Part shown: piece after piece, positions 61,701-64,000 of the stretch
Layout: each line of letters starts with the position of its first letter
Numbering within the stretch: position 1 is the first letter of the stretch
Origin: a virus
Virus record (IMG/VR): IMGVR_UViG_3300027763_000027
Span: 96,001 to 160,000 of that record
Reading direction: 5' to 3' (one strand)
Length of the DNA stretch: 64,000 nt
Made by a program: the position numbers and the translations under genes
Notes under the pieces: model-generated
Told to the model about the DNA's origin: nothing
The model's database searches: none
Seen by the model: the letters and a program-made list of their open reading frames with translations, nothing else

Positions 61701-64000
61701 ACATACATGGACACAAATTTTAACAAATGTAACATCTATTCAAAAAATTGCAATGTCTAGTGATGGTAAAATTCAAATTTTTGTAAGATATACTACAAGC
61801 GAATATAGCATATCTAGAGATTATGGAAAAACTTGGACAAACGGAACAGTAAATAGCACAAGTGGAGTAAAAGGAGTTGCAATAAGTAGCGATGGAAAAT
61901 ATATAACTATAGTTGGTGCGGGTAGCATGGATAGAATTTATACTTCTAGTAATTACGGATTAAATTGGACGACAATAGGATCAATCGGAACATGGAATTC
62001 AGTTACTATGAGTGCGGATGGAAAATTTCAAGCTGCTGTGGCAGGTGGAACAGGATACGTTTATATTTCAAACGATTACGGAAATACTTGGACTAGAAAA
62101 AATAACGCAGGATCTAGGCCTTGGTTGTCAATTTCTATGTCTAGTGATGGCAAATATATAGCTGCAACAACTAATGGTACTTACAATTATGTTTCTTATG
62201 ATTATGGTGAAAATTGGATAGTTAGTTATATAAATAATCGAATAGGAGGATCTTATTATACTTGTAATGACATTGCGGTTAGCAGTAACGGTAAGTATAT
62301 ACTTACAGCTGCTCAAGGTCAATATATTTATGTTTCTAAAACTGAAGAAAAAGTAGATGGAAATCTTTATACAGATAATGTTTATGGTAATAATTTAGTT
62401 TATAGAAGCAGCAATCAAACTATTAGTGGAGTTAAGACTTTTGCTGATCGTCCAACAGTAAATGGAACGGGAATACTTTTAAGTGGCGAAATGATATTAC
62501 CAAGCAATATTGTCTATACTACTGGCTATCAAATTATAAGTGGCATGAAATCATTTAATGATCAATTAAATGCCATAAATGGATTCACTTCACAATCAGT
62601 ATCTTATTTTAACAATACTGTTATATTAGGAGAACAAGATACTTTTAATAATATTGATGTGATATTATATGATGCTAACAATAATGAATATTATCAAAAA
62701 ATTAATGCAGTTGAGCATTTGTTTAATTTACAATCATTTAATGGTCAAACTGGATTCGCAATTGATATAACTGGCGGCGAAATATTTCATTATAATAGTG
62801 GATATCAAAACAAAATATCAAATATTTACTTTAAATCTGGAGCAATTGATTTAAATAATAATAATTTAATAAATGCTCGTAATTTAGTTTATAATACTGG
62901 AAATCAAACTATAAGCGGCGAAAAAACTTTCAAAACTCGCCCAACCGTAAATGGAAGTGGAGTGTTTTTAATAGGTGATAGTTTAGCGAATTTGCCTTCA
63001 TCGTCAGATACAATAAATGTTAAAACTGGAAATTTTTATCAACTTAATACTGATAATCTTGTCGTAAGTGGAACAGCTACTTTTAATAATATTAATTTAT
63101 CAGAAATCGATAGCGTTTATGTTTCTGGAGCAGATGTAGTCATAGACTATTCTGGTAATGACTTTTTCAAAATTACCCCAACTGGCATTTTATCAAATTT
63201 ACCAATTGTTTTTGGAAATAATAATGTTAATAGTGGAGCCAGTAGTAATTCTATTTTTGGAGGTTATTTTAATACGATAGGAAGAACAAACAGAGATAGT
63301 TTCATTATACATGCGGGTGCAAATAGTATAACTTCAAATTCTGGATCGTGGAATACTATTAATGGAGGAAAAAACAACGACATAACTTCTGGAAGTAATA
63401 ATTATATTTTTGGGGGCCTTGCTAATGAAATAAAAGGAGAAAATTCATATATAATGGGTGGAGAGTTTAATTTTATTTCTGGATCATTTCAAAAATTATT
63501 TACATATGGAGGAACTGCTATTGGAGATTATTCATCTTTAATTGGTGGAACTTTCAATACGATCCATGGAGGACAACAAAATTTAATTTTAGGTGGAAAT
63601 TATAATGATATATTTACAAGTGCAACAACAGGAATTAATACTATAATAAATAGTTGGAGATCAGCTATCCAGGAGTCATCTAAAACAAATCTAATTATAA
63701 ATGGAGCATATAATAACGCTTCTGGAGATTATAATTCAATTATAAACGGATTTTATAATAAAAATTATGGAAGGTATAATAATGTTCTTAATGGCTATGA
63801 TAATACAATAAGCGGCGCATATTCTACAATAATTAATGGAAAAAACAACATTCTTAATGGTAGCAGTTCGACTGTATTGTGCGGTTCAGATAATACTATA
63901 TCCAAAGATGGTTCCGCAGTGATAGGAAATAAAAATTATATTGATCATAGTGGAGCTGTTCTCATTTCAGATTCTACTTCTAGAGGAAAATATTCAAAAG
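58762..64000 (+). CDS. Giant tail fibre/adhesin-like protein, runs off window (>1740 aa)
   Basis: Starts MSKIPNS; absent from ORF track, consistent with no stop before 64000; TGDQTxSGxKTF fibre repeats, GNIGIGT motif, Asp-box propeller (61.5-62.3 kb), Gly/Asn beta-helix-like C-part. Confidence 0.8.
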   Translation, partial: MSKIPNSINVGQQIAPNYTDDTFALFDPIYGIGGLREVASLTERNNISAERLRIGMLVYVTSENKFYRLVSFSENQNPPYDIITNWENVIFLNNSEQTISGTKTFASRPNVNGTGFVLSGETLTLPTTVAYTTGDQTLSGTKTFASRPNVNGTGFLLSGEVLTLPTTIVYTTGAQTLSGTKTFASRPNVNGTGFVLSGETLTLPTTVAYTTGDQTLSGTKTFASRPNVNGTGFLLNGEVIGLINGIQTFSGAKTFNVRPNVNGTGFLLSGEVLTLPTTIVYTTGAQTLSGNKTFSNQIVFGNENGRGGFISGSTNGGDSSLVINADGPEAKYIYLNASPASMRLGEDGIHFNAGNEDLSINGADSVLIYGNGDVYAPNMSAYFKNANINNLLNITDTGNYQVGYISGYTQENGEVTRLYITANGGLEKNLILSAEGQSLTIGRDGGLNYGNNTFVINGNGEDLTIQNADVYVQRNAYASNLVYNVGDQIISGNKTFLDNILINNLTVTGTRTIANTEENNIDSNYLLLNITGGITNGGIYFVTGAGFSGVNSSGPIIAYDANINKFRIGTGIRSTNINSLKTIAAVEDVVTLAGNQTISGVKSFSDQIKFLREGAAYPFNPTISGGASIDNEPTLDIDAFKLNLRAGYNKSEYIELGGEEGRLNINTVADTSTFNLGTVHNASSNLSYNISSPSINLYGQVNGQTGTFQKLYADNLVYNTGNQTVSGFKNFPDGITSITEDGYPASTTLGYGGITIFNGDGNNTVLDNGSLRCQTEAFTIKTEDYDPLYLGTNNQNRLTITPDGNIGIGTDDPSEKLEVVGNIKADNLVYNVGDQIISGNKNFTNGLNINNNPLFYSQPSGFFSGVAVTGSGDGGYFIGKTKISQNTLILKDESFGKNHVTKQSIRNWQSVAISADGKYQTAVTNIAGSIYISNDYGDTWQEKGPVLSWFRIAMSSCGKYQTASTYNSPFGDLYISDNYGHTWTQILTNVTSIQKIAMSSDGKIQIFVRYTTSEYSISRDYGKTWTNGTVNSTSGVKGVAISSDGKYITIVGAGSMDRIYTSSNYGLNWTTIGSIGTWNSVTMSADGKFQAAVAGGTGYVYISNDYGNTWTRKNNAGSRPWLSISMSSDGKYIAATTNGTYNYVSYDYGENWIVSYINNRIGGSYYTCNDIAVSSNGKYILTAAQGQYIYVSKTEEKVDGNLYTDNVYGNNLVYRSSNQTISGVKTFADRPTVNGTGILLSGEMILPSNIVYTTGYQIISGMKSFNDQLNAINGFTSQSVSYFNNTVILGEQDTFNNIDVILYDANNNEYYQKINAVEHLFNLQSFNGQTGFAIDITGGEIFHYNSGYQNKISNIYFKSGAIDLNNNNLINARNLVYNTGNQTISGEKTFKTRPTVNGSGVFLIGDSLANLPSSSDTINVKTGNFYQLNTDNLVVSGTATFNNINLSEIDSVYVSGADVVIDYSGNDFFKITPTGILSNLPIVFGNNNVNSGASSNSIFGGYFNTIGRTNRDSFIIHAGANSITSNSGSWNTINGGKNNDITSGSNNYIFGGLANEIKGENSYIMGGEFNFISGSFQKLFTYGGTAIGDYSSLIGGTFNTIHGGQQNLILGGNYNDIFTSATTGINTIINSWRSAIQESSKTNLIINGAYNNASGDYNSIINGFYNKNYGRYNNVLNGYDNTISGAYSTIINGKNNILNGSSSTVLCGSDNTISKDGSAVIGNKNYIDHSGAVLISDSTSRGKYSK
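59050..59645 (+). repeat. 117-bp (39-aa) coding tandem repeat
   Basis: GGAACCAAGACT at 59062, 59179, 59296, 59413; alternating A/B unit variants. Confidence 0.9.

Overview
This is a 64-kb segment of a large, AT-rich, tailed dsDNA phage genome using standard genetic code 11. The host is possibly Verrucomicrobiota (weak inference). 1-28 kb: plus-strand early/middle region (endonuclease VII, metallophosphoesterase, HNH-AP2, ATP-dependent ligase, rIIA/rIIB, RuvB-like ATPase, Ogg-like glycosylase, GT11, deaminase, 3D, SET, MazG, many small ORFs). Many of these genes are driven by sigma70-like promoters placed so that the mRNA would be leaderless. 28.7-40.4 kb: accessory region cut into small gene cassettes (DUF932, ArdC, Gp88-like, SleB, 4 tRNAs, a structured RNA) by ten copies of a fixed-geometry 75-bp element plus half sites. 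Each element is a 27-bp palindrome, a 21-bp GC-rich spacer and a second 27-bp palindrome, and each palindrome resembles two back-to-back IHF boxes. This array is the best candidate for an undescribed system. 40.7-64 kb: late region (PhoH, sigma-like factor, ERCC4 nuclease, terminase, portal, protease/scaffold, major capsid, mucin-like Pro/Thr protein, a >1700-aa fibre running off the end) with a recurring GTGTAA upstream motif. All calls are from motif recognition by eye; no database searches were run.
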